Shown: positions 48,268-57,442 of the stretch, in pieces
How the letters are laid out: each line of letters starts with the position of its first letter
Position numbering within the stretch: position 1 is the first letter of the stretch
Assembly: GCA_043821945.1 (NCBI GenBank)
Contig: JBDRCH010000005.1
Span: 14,799 to 78,798 of the forward strand
Length of the DNA stretch: 64,000 bases
Source: an archaeon
Lineage (GTDB): Archaea > Nanobdellota > Nanobdellia > Pacearchaeales > GW2011-AR1
Reading direction: 5' to 3'
The notes under the pieces: generated by a model
Database searches by the model: none
Told to the model about the DNA's origin: nothing
What the model saw: only the letters and a program-made list of their open reading frames with translations
Made by a program: the position numbers and the translations under genes

Positions 48268-48831
48268 ATGCCCACACAAACTAAAAATAATTACAAAATT
48301 CAAAATATTGTTGCTACAACCTCACTTGAAAAGCCAATTCCTTTGACAAAATTAGCAAGAACACAACCAAATACAGAATATAATCCAGAAACATTTCCTG
48401 GACTTGTACTCAGAATAAAAGAACCAAAATCAGCTGTTCTTGTTTTCTCCTCTGGAAATTTAGTCTGTACAGGAACGAAATCAGTAGCTCAAGTAAAACA
48501 AGTTATACAAGAAGTAATAAAACAACTTAAAAAAATAAATGTTGACATCACAATAACCCCAAAAATAACAGTTCAGAATATTGTTGCCTCAGGAACAATT
48601 AATCTAAAACTAAACCTAAATTTTCTTGCATTAGAAATGCAAAACACAGAATACGAACCAGAACAATTTCCAGGATTAGTCTACAAACTAATTGAACCAA
48701 ATGCAACATTTCTTTTATTCAGCAATGGAAAACTCGTTTGCACAGGAACAAAAAATAAACAGCAACTTGACTTCAGCATGACTCAAGTTTTAAAAGATGT
48801 AAAAGTTGCGTTGAAAAATTATAAGGGATGA
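48268..48831 (+). CDS. tbp: TATA-box binding protein
   Basis: two direct repeats NIVATTSL...PGLV.R...VLVFSSGNLVCTGTK / NIVASGTI...PGLVYKL...FLLFSNGKLVCTGTK. Confidence 0.88.
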   Translation: MPTQTKNNYKIQNIVATTSLEKPIPLTKLARTQPNTEYNPETFPGLVLRIKEPKSAVLVFSSGNLVCTGTKSVAQVKQVIQEVIKQLKKINVDITITPKITVQNIVASGTINLKLNLNFLALEMQNTEYEPEQFPGLVYKLIEPNATFLLFSNGKLVCTGTKNKQQLDFSMTQVLKDVKVALKNYKG

Positions 48832-48952
48832 TTACTTATTCATAAGAGATTAAAATAGACTACAACTTTCACCCCTCAAAAATAATCCTTAAATTCTAAA
48901 CTACTTGACAATTCACATAAATCTATAAAAAGTAAAGTGTCATATTTCTAAT

Positions 48953-50983
48953 ATGGGTGATGAAGAACAAAAGCCAAAAAATGAGGAGTTAATCATTGAA
49001 GCAAAGAATTTTTTTGACTTTAATAAAAAAGAGCTCGGAGAATCAATTCGTAGAGGAAATAATGTAATCTATCTGGATTTTATGAAACTTACAGAATTTT
49101 CAAACATTCTTGCAAATGAAATTCTCTCAAATCCAGAAGAAACTCTAAGGTTAATTGAATTAGCAATTGAAGAAAAAGGTTTGATAAATAATGTTAGAGT
49201 TAGACTGCACAATATTTCAAAATCCCAAGAGATGAAAGTAAGAAATATTCGATCAAAAAATCTAAATGAAATGATTGTAATTGAAGGCATTATAAGACAA
49301 GCATCAGATGTTAGACCCCAAGTAGTAAACGCAAAATTTGAGTGCCCAAGTTGTGGGACAATTATTTCAGTATTACAAATAGAAAAAAAATTCCGAGAAC
49401 CCTCAAGATGTTCATGCGGAAGAAAAGGAGGATTCAAATTAATAAGTAAGGAAATGGTGGATACTCAAAGATTAGTAATAGAAGAATCCCCCGAATCTTT
49501 ATCAGGAGGAGAACAGCCAAAGAGAATCAATGCTTTTGTAAAAGAGGATTTAGTTGAACCAAAAATGGAAGAGAAAACAACTCCTGGAAGCAGAATAAAG
49601 GTGATTGGAATCCTAAAAGAAGTTCCTGTTCCATTAAGTACTGGCGGTCTTTCAACAAGATTTGAATTAGCAATTGAAGTAAACAACTTAATTCCAATGG
49701 AAGAAACTTTTGAAGAATTAGATATTTCTGAAGAAGACGAAAGACAAATTTTAGAATTAGCTGAAGACCCAAGAATATTCGATAATTTAGCCAGAAGCAT
49801 TACTCCAAGTGTATGGGGATATGAAGAAATAAAAAAATCACTTGTTTTACAATTATTTTCAGGTGTTCAAAAAAAGCACTCAGATGGACAAAAAAGTAGG
49901 GGGGACATTCACATCCTTTTAATAGGAGATCCAGGTGTAGCAAAATCAGTAACACTAACTTTTATGGCAGAAATTTCTCCAAAAGGGAGATATGTTGTCG
50001 GAAAAAGTGCAAGTGGAGCAGGACTCACAGCAACAGTAGTTAGAGATGAATATTTAAGAGGATGGAGTTTAGAAGCAGGCGCAATGGTTTTAGCAAACAA
50101 GGGTTTAGTCTGCATTGATGAATTAGAAAAAATGGACCCTCAAGATAGAAGTGCAATGCACGAAGCAATGGAACAGCAAACTATAACAATTTCAAAAGCA
50201 AATGTACAAGCGAACTTAAGAGCAGAAACCTCTGTTTTAGCAGCAGCAAACCCAAAATTCGGGAGATTCGACCCTTACCAATCAATTGCTCAACAAATTG
50301 ATTTACCCCCAACTCTAATAAATAGATTTGACATAATCTTCACATTAAGAGACATTCCAGACAGAGAAAAAGACACAAGAATTGCAACTCATGTTTTAGC
50401 AGAACACCAAGAAAAAGGAGAGAATATGTTAATCCCAAGAGAATTATTTAGAAAATATGTTGCTTACGCAAAACAAAGAATAGTTCCAAAATTAAGTGAA
50501 GAAGCAGTTGAAGAAATTAAAAAATTCTACATTGATTTAAGAAATCGCCCTGTTTCTTCAGAAAGTGCAGTAAGACCAATCCCCATTTCAGCAAGACAAC
50601 TACAAGCATTAGTAAGAATGTCAGAAGCTTCAGCAAAAATAAGATTAAGCAGTAAAGTAACAAAAGACGATGCAAAAAATGCAATAGAAATAATGAAATA
50701 TTATTTAATGCAGGTAGGTTATGATTATGAATCAAAAACATTTGACATAGATAGAATCTCCACTGGAATTCCAACTTCACAAAGAAACAAGATAATAGTA
50801 GTAAGAGAAATAATAACTGAACTTGAAAACAAAATTGGAAAAATGATTCCAATAGAAGAAATTGAAAAAGAACTTGAAACAAAAATGAGTAAAAACGAAA
50901 TTCACGATTCAATAGATAAACTGCAATCTTCAGGAGACATTTTCAAACCTAAGAGGGGATTTGTTCAGAAAACTAGTAGTTAG
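48953..50983 (+). CDS. mcm: MCM replicative helicase
   Basis: Zn finger CPSCG..CSCG, Walker A IHILLIGDPGVAKS, Walker B CIDELEKMD, arginine finger, C-terminal winged helix. Confidence 0.92.
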   Translation: MGDEEQKPKNEELIIEAKNFFDFNKKELGESIRRGNNVIYLDFMKLTEFSNILANEILSNPEETLRLIELAIEEKGLINNVRVRLHNISKSQEMKVRNIRSKNLNEMIVIEGIIRQASDVRPQVVNAKFECPSCGTIISVLQIEKKFREPSRCSCGRKGGFKLISKEMVDTQRLVIEESPESLSGGEQPKRINAFVKEDLVEPKMEEKTTPGSRIKVIGILKEVPVPLSTGGLSTRFELAIEVNNLIPMEETFEELDISEEDERQILELAEDPRIFDNLARSITPSVWGYEEIKKSLVLQLFSGVQKKHSDGQKSRGDIHILLIGDPGVAKSVTLTFMAEISPKGRYVVGKSASGAGLTATVVRDEYLRGWSLEAGAMVLANKGLVCIDELEKMDPQDRSAMHEAMEQQTITISKANVQANLRAETSVLAAANPKFGRFDPYQSIAQQIDLPPTLINRFDIIFTLRDIPDREKDTRIATHVLAEHQEKGENMLIPRELFRKYVAYAKQRIVPKLSEEAVEEIKKFYIDLRNRPVSSESAVRPIPISARQLQALVRMSEASAKIRLSSKVTKDDAKNAIEIMKYYLMQVGYDYESKTFDIDRISTGIPTSQRNKIIVVREIITELENKIGKMIPIEEIEKELETKMSKNEIHDSIDKLQSSGDIFKPKRGFVQKTSS

Positions 50984-51089
50984 AATTTACGTTAACATAC
51001 TATAAATTAGAGTACTATTGATTACCTCCTTATTATAAGATTATCAATAATTTACTATTGATAATCTAATGTTAATTGCAATCTTGCCC

Positions 51090-51359
51090 TTAGATATCTC
51101 TAGCAGAAATAAAATTATAATCTCCTAAAGGACCATCAACAAAAATCAATTCTTTGTATATCCCAATAAATTTTTCTGATAAATCAGGATTTATTGCTAC
51201 AATTGTTGCATATCGATTCCATCTTGGTTCTCCTGGGCCCCCCATATTTTCAGGTAGGTTTTCATATGTCCTGCCTATCTTCACAGGTATGTCACCAAGT
51301 TCATCCCTTAATAGATCTGTTAATTCTGTGGGTATTGTAAATGTTTGTTGTTGATTCAT
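51090..51359 (-). CDS. Hypothetical protein (89 aa)
   Basis: ORF only. Confidence 0.3.
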   Translation of the reverse strand: MNQQQTFTIPTELTDLLRDELGDIPVKIGRTYENLPENMGGPGEPRWNRYATIVAINPDLSEKFIGIYKELIFVDGPLGDYNFISARDI

Positions 51360-51430
51360 AATAAACAGAGATTATCTGAATTATATAAATTTATCGGCCA
51401 AGATTGCAACTTCTTCGTCGCTTCGCTTCT

Positions 51431-51448
51431 CGACCACGCTGCGCTTTC
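51431..51448. repeat. GC-rich 18-mer CGACCACGCTGCGCTTTC, copy 2 (extended similar block ~51410-51535 with repeated CTTCG motifs)
   Basis: identical to 43538-43555; CCACTTCG recurs at 51523-51530. Confidence 0.7.
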
Positions 51449-51765
51449 GCTTCACTCGTCGGGGCGTATAACAAGAATTTAACGGAAAAATGCTCGGCTC
51501 GGGCTTCACCCAAATTTTTCTTCCACTTCGTTCCAGAAAAACTTCGTATATCTCTAACGTTATTCTAAACCACCTATTAACTCATAAATATTTAAAAACT
51601 CTAAAAAATTTTTCCTTATATTAAAAGATATTTTAAATCGCAAGAAAATAAAACAATTAAATTAAGGGAACTTCATTTCACGCGATTTTCTAAGGAGGCT
51701 ATTGAAGAAATTGCCTCGCAGGAACAAGAAGAGAGATCCCAAAGAACCACTTAGGTTCTTTTAAT

Positions 51766-52395
51766 ATGGTTGAAGATAAAAAATTCAAAAGACACATTGC
51801 ATACAAGTTTAGAATCGGAGACTTATTAATTGGAAAGCCTATTATTGATGGGGAGAGGTTTTCTTTTTTAGAATTAGGAAACAAACAAATAGTAAGAGTA
51901 AATGTAATTGGAAACATAATAGATAAATATGAAAGTGAAGGAGAATCCAGATTCACATCATTCACATTAGATGATGGATCAGGACAAATAAAATTAAGAG
52001 TATTTGCAGATGCAGTAGACAAATTTAAGAACATAATCCAAGGGCAAACAGTTCTTGTCATAGGAATATTAAGAATATGGAACAATGAATTATACATCAC
52101 TCCTGAAATTATCAGGGAACAGGATCCAAAATATCTCTTAATAAGAAAAATAGAAATTGAAAAAGAAAGAAACAAAAATTCTACACCTGTTCAAAGAGAA
52201 CAAATAAATGCTATCAAAGATAAAATCCTTGAAAAAATAAAAAATTCAGAAGAAGACGGAGGAATTGAAATAGACAAATTAATCCTTAATATGCGAGATC
52301 TCTCACCAGAAATGATTAACCAGGAAATTCTAAAGCTTCTTGAAGAAGGGATTATCTTTGAGCCTAGACCTGGAAAGGTAAGGTGGTTGGGGTAA
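51766..52395 (+). CDS. RPA32-like OB-fold ssDNA-binding protein with a C-terminal winged helix
   Basis: OB segment VRVNVIGNII...FTLDDGSGQIKLRVF...VLVIGILR; C-terminal wH; downstream of mcm. Confidence 0.55.
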   Translation: MVEDKKFKRHIAYKFRIGDLLIGKPIIDGERFSFLELGNKQIVRVNVIGNIIDKYESEGESRFTSFTLDDGSGQIKLRVFADAVDKFKNIIQGQTVLVIGILRIWNNELYITPEIIREQDPKYLLIRKIEIEKERNKNSTPVQREQINAIKDKILEKIKNSEEDGGIEIDKLILNMRDLSPEMINQEILKLLEEGIIFEPRPGKVRWLG

Positions 52396-52506
52396 TTTTT
52401 AACATAATTAACTCACTTTCCTAAGCTTATAATTATCTAAAATCATTAACTAACAAATCAACTAACGCCTTGAGCAACTATTACTTAATCCAATCATATT
52501 TTATTC

Positions 52507-54066
52507 TTAGCATCCATTTTTCCATTCACCAATCCCAATCATTAAATCACCGAGAGTTACTGTTCCTGATTTCCAATCTCCAATATAACTCATTAATTCA
52601 GAAAGACTAACATCTCCACTTGTATCAGAATCAGCTCCTGATTGACATGTTCCTGAACCTTCTTCATTCATACATAAAGAACTACAACCATCCTCACTAG
52701 CAGTATTTCCATCATCACACTCCTCACTTCCTTCAATTATCCAATCTCCACATGTCGGATAAGTCAGAGGATGAGGATATGTATATGGAGTGTAACCTGG
52801 TTTTTCTATAAGATTATAATCTCTATTCTGCTGAATCCAATCTGCCATATTTTGTACAACCCCACATTCATCATCACAACTTCCTCCAAGATCCACTACT
52901 CCAATATTAGTAAAACTCCTTTGGTTTCCTAAAAAGTTATTTCCCCAAATATAAAGAGGTTCTGAATCTTGATTTTGACCTCTTCCTATCTGATCATAAG
53001 AGGGATATCCCTCTCCTGGATTATTAATTGTATTGCAAGCGCATTTTTCATAACTAGCTCCTCTTATTGTAGCGGCATTACACCAATCTTCATCAGACCT
53101 ATAGTTAGTTAGTCTAATATCATAATTAAGACTTCCATCATTGATAATATTATTGTTATAGACTACCCCGCTTCCTCCTCTAAGAAACATGAAATCAGTC
53201 TGGCTAAAAGAAGAGTCTATATAGAGGTTATTCTCATAAATTTCATACCAACGGGTTGATCCTTTAATATTACCACAAAAACCATGAGCATCAATGTTTC
53301 CGTTATGCACATCATTATAACGCAGGACATATCTTGCTCCTCCAAAACCCGCTATAATATGATGTGCTCCTGTAGGATTCACATAATTATTAATAAAAAC
53401 ATTATTCTCTACAAATATTGAATTATCTGTTCCAACATTTGTTGGGTTGGTCCAATGTTCAGATTCTCCTGTAACCTGTATTGTCTCTTTACCTGCAGTA
53501 TCAAAAGTACAGTTATTAACAATTGCATAGGGACCACTTATAACTATCGCAGAACCTAAAACCCAATTATCATTCATGTAACCCTCACTAAATTTACAGT
53601 TATCTATCCTAACAATTGCATCTGTTGAAATTCCTATTACATTAATATGGCTAACTGCACCTACATTTGTTGTTGATCCCTTAAACCAAATACCAGTCAC
53701 CCTTATCTCGTGAGAATCATCACTTCTTATTTCAAACATTCCATCATATTCTAAAAAGGGTTTTGTATTTATTATAACTGTGCCCCCCATATCTGCTCCT
53801 GCTCCTTGAATTGTTATTCCTTTTCCAGATATAGAAACATCAGGAATTCCATCCCATTCACATTCTCCAGCAGGGATTCTTACAGTATCTCCATCAACAG
53901 CAGAATCAATACATTCTTGAACATCTTGTTGATTACAAGTATCTGCCTGCCATAATCCTTCTCCCATATTCTGACATGCTGCACTAACACCTCCACTAAA
54001 ACTAACAAAAAATATTCCAACCAATAAAAGAATTATCAACCTCTTTGTAACCTCTAAGTTATTCAT
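52507..54066 (-). CDS. Secreted right-handed beta-helix protein with a myxo-type Cys-rich repeat (CGDW...EECDDGN...DGCS..C) and a dockerin-like C-terminus
   Basis: signal peptide; repeated N-rich beta-helix rungs; CGDWIIEGSEECDDGNTASEDGCSSLC; DSDTSGDVSLSELMSYIGDW/GTVTLGDLMIGIGEW. Confidence 0.5.
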   Translation of the reverse strand: MNNLEVTKRLIILLLVGIFFVSFSGGVSAACQNMGEGLWQADTCNQQDVQECIDSAVDGDTVRIPAGECEWDGIPDVSISGKGITIQGAGADMGGTVIINTKPFLEYDGMFEIRSDDSHEIRVTGIWFKGSTTNVGAVSHINVIGISTDAIVRIDNCKFSEGYMNDNWVLGSAIVISGPYAIVNNCTFDTAGKETIQVTGESEHWTNPTNVGTDNSIFVENNVFINNYVNPTGAHHIIAGFGGARYVLRYNDVHNGNIDAHGFCGNIKGSTRWYEIYENNLYIDSSFSQTDFMFLRGGSGVVYNNNIINDGSLNYDIRLTNYRSDEDWCNAATIRGASYEKCACNTINNPGEGYPSYDQIGRGQNQDSEPLYIWGNNFLGNQRSFTNIGVVDLGGSCDDECGVVQNMADWIQQNRDYNLIEKPGYTPYTYPHPLTYPTCGDWIIEGSEECDDGNTASEDGCSSLCMNEEGSGTCQSGADSDTSGDVSLSELMSYIGDWKSGTVTLGDLMIGIGEWKNGC

Positions 54067-54129
54067 AAAAATATATCACATTTGCAATTTAATAATGTTT
54101 CTAAAGAATTTGCTCTGCTAATTTAACGG

Positions 54130-54402
54130 GTGTTAATCGGTAGATTTTTAAGTAACATTTTATTTTATATAATTATGAATAAAGAGCTCCCTATAAAATC
54201 TTGGAGATGGATTTTTTATATTCTTGGTTGGATTTTTGGAGCATTAAATCTTGTGTTTTGGGCTTGGCAATATTTAATGTATATGGGAGATGAAAAAAGT
54301 GACAAATTTATTTCTAATCAATTCCATAAGAGAGTATATTATTGGGGGGTTTTATTTACAGCGATAATCTTAATAACAATTATTTTTGTGTTGATAGATT
54401 AA
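54130..54402 (+). CDS. Small membrane protein (90 aa)
   Basis: two hydrophobic helices. Confidence 0.3.
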   Translation: MLIGRFLSNILFYIIMNKELPIKSWRWIFYILGWIFGALNLVFWAWQYLMYMGDEKSDKFISNQFHKRVYYWGVLFTAIILITIIFVLID

Positions 54403-55279
54403 TCAATTCCAACCATTTATTATCAGAATTTAATTTTAAGTCAGTTGCTAATTCATAAGGGCATCTTTTAAGAGTTTGATGTTTAGTTATGAAATTGTAA
54501 TAAACTGCATAACCTTTCATAATACTATTTACACTCTCTACACTTCCGTGTAATCCTCTGAAAGTTTTTGTTCTGTGTCTTATTTTATTATGTAACCTTT
54601 CTATTAAAATATTAAAACCTTCACCTTTAGAAGCATTTACTTGATTATGCTCTACTCCGAAATATTTGTTTTTACTTTTTAATCCAAAAGTTTTTCTTAT
54701 TGCATTTTCATAAGTTAAAAGTCCGTCAGTAGTTACGACTTTAATCTGTTTTTCTGTTTTCTCTTTCGCTTTCATTAGAACAGATTTTATCTCATCTTTC
54801 CCTCTTGACTTACAAAATTCAGAAGCTACCATAAAACGAGTTTTAGTATCTATACTATCAATAAACCAATTTTCTTCTTTTCCACCTTTAATATCCTTTC
54901 TTCGTGAATATTGCATTTCATCTATTTGTAATTCACTTCCTGTTTGAAGTTTAAGTTTATCTGTGAAATTACTAATTTGATTTGAATACTTTACAACCCA
55001 TTTATAGATTGTAACATCTGAACTATTATGGGGGTAAAAAGCCCTTAGATGTTCTCTTATTTTTCTTGTGCTTACTCCTCTAAAAAATAAGTCAAGACAT
55101 AAAGTAATCTTTTGAGGATTATTTCTCATTCTCTTGAAGCCGTCATTCAAAACAAATCTGTGAGAACATTCCTTACATTTGTATCTTTGAATTAATCCTC
55201 TGTTCTCTGTCTTTCGTTTGCCGTCTTTCTTGATTAATCTTGACTGACATTTTGAGCATATTATTTCTTTGTTTTTCAT
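54380..55279 (-). mobile_element. IS1/IS1595-like DDE transposase with an N-terminal zinc finger (probable start at MKNKEII; the listed ORF's first 24 codons translate the upstream repeat)
   Basis: CSKCQS...YKCKECSHRF finger; LQIDEMQYSRRKD...WFIDSIDTKTRFMVA...VVTTDGLLTYENA DDE pattern. Confidence 0.6.
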
Positions 55280-55308
55280 ATTATAATTAGGCACCCGAAC
55301 TATATAAA
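55275..55308. repeat. 34-nt promoter-like repeat, copy 1 (ATAATTAGGCACCCGAACTATATAAATGTATCGG), 29/34 identical to copy 2
   Basis: lies immediately upstream of the transposase start on the coding strand; contains TTTATATA about 21 nt before the ATG. Confidence 0.65.
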
Positions 55309-55404
55309 TGTATCGGTACCCGAATATATTTATATTATTATATATAATCATATAGTTTCAGAAAAATAGGAAAGGTTTATATATGTTATCATATATGATA
55401 ATAT

Positions 55405-56001
55405 ATGAGTAATAATGATAATACACTTTTCTGTTATAGATGTTATCACCTTTGGAAAAAAAGGAAATCTGTTGCCCCAAAATATTGCCCTAAGTGTAAA
55501 AGTCCTTATTGGAATAGACCAAGAAGAAAAGTAAAAAAAGATATAGTATTAAAAATGGAAGAAATGATTATAAAAATTCACGATAGAATAATTGAATTAA
55601 GTGGTGGGGAAAAGGGTGTCAGAGAAGAAGGTGGAATATACAACTCTACATTTAAATTAATTAACCATCAATATAAAAATCAAAGAAATCCTATTAAAAT
55701 AGGAGCATTTGCTCTGAATGAGTTTGCTAAAAGACATTATTTTGTTGATGGAAATAAAAGAACAGCTTACGCAATCTCTAAAATATTTATGTTAATTAAT
55801 AGATGTCATTTGATGATAGATTATGGTGAGGCAACAAATTTTATGCTTAAAGTTGCAGAGCACAAAAGCAAAGTTACTTATGATGATATAAAAATTTGGC
55901 TTACAAAATATTGTAAAATTATAGATAGAAAAGATGTGGAAAATTATTTAAACAAAGCATTCGTAAATGTAACATTAGGGAGTGGAGAAAATGGCGAATA
56001 A
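55405..56001 (+). CDS. Fic/Doc-family protein (Doc-like toxin) with an N-terminal zinc-ribbon fusion
   Basis: HYFVDGNKRTA (HxFx(D/E)GNxR Fic/Doc motif); N-terminal CYRC...CPKC. Confidence 0.65.
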   Translation: MSNNDNTLFCYRCYHLWKKRKSVAPKYCPKCKSPYWNRPRRKVKKDIVLKMEEMIIKIHDRIIELSGGEKGVREEGGIYNSTFKLINHQYKNQRNPIKIGAFALNEFAKRHYFVDGNKRTAYAISKIFMLINRCHLMIDYGEATNFMLKVAEHKSKVTYDDIKIWLTKYCKIIDRKDVENYLNKAFVNVTLGSGENGE

Positions 56002-56155
56002 AAAATCAAAGGATAAAGATAAATATAAGCTTACTATAAAAGAAACTTATGTGATTTCTAAAAATGATAAGAAATTATTAGAACTCGTGAAAGTTGCTAA
56101 AGAAATAGTATTTAAAGAAGATGAAATTTTGTTTAAAGAGTTAGCGAAGCATTAA
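55991..56155 (+). CDS. Small Lys-rich ORF (54 aa) overlapping the Doc gene end by 11 nt
   Basis: ORF only; read by hand. Confidence 0.2.
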   Translation: MANKKSKDKDKYKLTIKETYVISKNDKKLLELVKVAKEIVFKEDEILFKELAKH

Positions 56156-56301
56156 GAACAAATGAAAAATCAAGAACAAATTTCTATAGAAGAAAAAGAA
56201 TTACCCGAACTCAAAAAATTCCTAAAATCAAAAAACAAAAAGATTTCAAAAATAATCAAATTAAACAAAAATAGTTTAAGAGTTTTTGTTGGAGATTAAA
56301 T

Positions 56302-56460
56302 TTATTCTTTTTCAATAACAATCTTTTTGCCTTCAAGTTTGACATTAACTTCTTTGTCTTTCAATCCTGAATCTTCAACAACCTGCTTCGGCAAATTAAT
56401 TCTATATTTAATATAAGTTGTATCTCCTACTTTTTTATCAATAACTTTCATTATTTTCAT
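56302..56460 (-). CDS. AbrB/MazE-like swapped-hairpin small protein (52 aa), antitoxin-like
   Basis: MKIMKVIDKKVGDTTYIKYRINLPKQVVEDSGLKDKEVNVKLEGKKIVIEKE resembles AbrB/MazE; read by hand. Confidence 0.45.
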   Translation of the reverse strand: MKIMKVIDKKVGDTTYIKYRINLPKQVVEDSGLKDKEVNVKLEGKKIVIEKE

Positions 56461-56463
56461 AAA

Positions 56464-56497
56464 ATAATTAGGAACCCGAACTATTTAAACATTTCGG
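56464..56497. repeat. 34-nt promoter-like repeat, copy 2 (ATAATTAGGAACCCGAACTATTTAAACATTTCGG) immediately upstream of the AbrB-like gene
   Basis: 3-nt gap to the ATG on the coding strand; internal CCCGAA...TTCGGG inverted repeat. Confidence 0.65.
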
Positions 56498-56590
56498 GTG
56501 CTGAAAATAAATAGCCGACATCTTTAAATAAGACATCGGCTTTTCAATTCTGCGAGGAATTGAATATGATATTTGAAATAATTTTCTTAT

Positions 56591-56800
56591 TTATTTTAGT
56601 TTCTTCTTTGGTTTAGCAATAAAATTTTTTCTTGAAGATGATACTGGAATAGTAATATCTCTTATTTGTTTGATAGTTTTCGTTTTATGTTTTTTGATTA
56701 TATCCCTAATAATCTTACAAGCAACACAAGAATGGTTATGCCAAAAAGTCCCAGTATTATTCCAATGCCAGTCATAAATCCCATTAGATAAAACACACAT
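56591..56800 (-). CDS. Small Cys/His-containing hypothetical protein
   Basis: ORF only. Confidence 0.2.
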   Translation of the reverse strand: MCVLSNGIYDWHWNNTGTFWHNHSCVACKIIRDIIKKHKTKTIKQIRDITIPVSSSRKNFIAKPKKKLK

Positions 56801-56863
56801 ACTTCATTTATTTTATTTTTCATCTTAAAACTCCCTCTAAGTTAGCAGAGTATAAAGAATTAA

Positions 56864-57391
56864 TTATCTCTTCTTCCCAAATTTTCTATTAAACCAATAA
56901 GCTAAAAATATCACTGCAGCCAAGCCCAATAAAGAAATTATAAATCTAAACAAATCATCACCATATCTCCAATATCCTCCTGCCCCATAAACAATTGTTC
57001 CAACTCCACCCCCCATTAAACCTGCTCCAACAGCTTCTAAATGAAACAAAAATCCCCCAATAACAAGGATCAAAATTCCCAAAGGAATTGAAATATAAAA
57101 AATCTTTTTAGACCTTGTTTCCTGTGCATTTTCATAATCTTGCCTACAAATATAATCTCTATCACAATAACCTTGTGGACAGGGGGTTGTCACACATCTA
57201 ATATCTTCAGAGGTCCATTTTCCTTCAACACCAATGCATTGCTGTTCATTTTCAATTATTTGCCCAGTTTTAAATTCTCCACAATAATCTTCATATTCCT
57301 GAGCAGGATAAAATACACTAATTCCATAAACAGTTACAAAAATAGTAAGAATAAGAATTGCAATTCCAAGAACAAGATTCTTAATTTCCAT
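56864..57391 (-). CDS. Membrane protein with a Cys-rich extracytoplasmic loop
   Basis: N-terminal TM; 8 Cys in the loop; Gly-rich C-terminal TM helices. Confidence 0.4.
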   Translation of the reverse strand: MEIKNLVLGIAILILTIFVTVYGISVFYPAQEYEDYCGEFKTGQIIENEQQCIGVEGKWTSEDIRCVTTPCPQGYCDRDYICRQDYENAQETRSKKIFYISIPLGILILVIGGFLFHLEAVGAGLMGGGVGTIVYGAGGYWRYGDDLFRFIISLLGLAAVIFLAYWFNRKFGKKR

Positions 57392-57442
57392 AATTCACTA
57401 AAGCATAAAACATTTATAAACTCTTTGTTCACTTTTATAATA

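Noticed and set aside
49069-50115. Several minus-strand ORFs of 68-122 aa
   Set aside because: All antisense within mcm. Ser/Leu-rich translations.
55280-55351. First 24 codons of the listed transposase ORF
   Set aside because: They translate the conserved promoter-like repeat (RVPNYN = GTTCGGGTGCCTAATTATAAT). The real start is more likely the downstream MKNKEII.
57140-57442. N-terminal 101 codons of the listed 57140-57853 ORF
   Set aside because: This stretch is antisense to the 56864-57391 membrane-protein gene and translates to low-complexity sequence. The recognisable aIF2-beta starts at the internal Met (57443).
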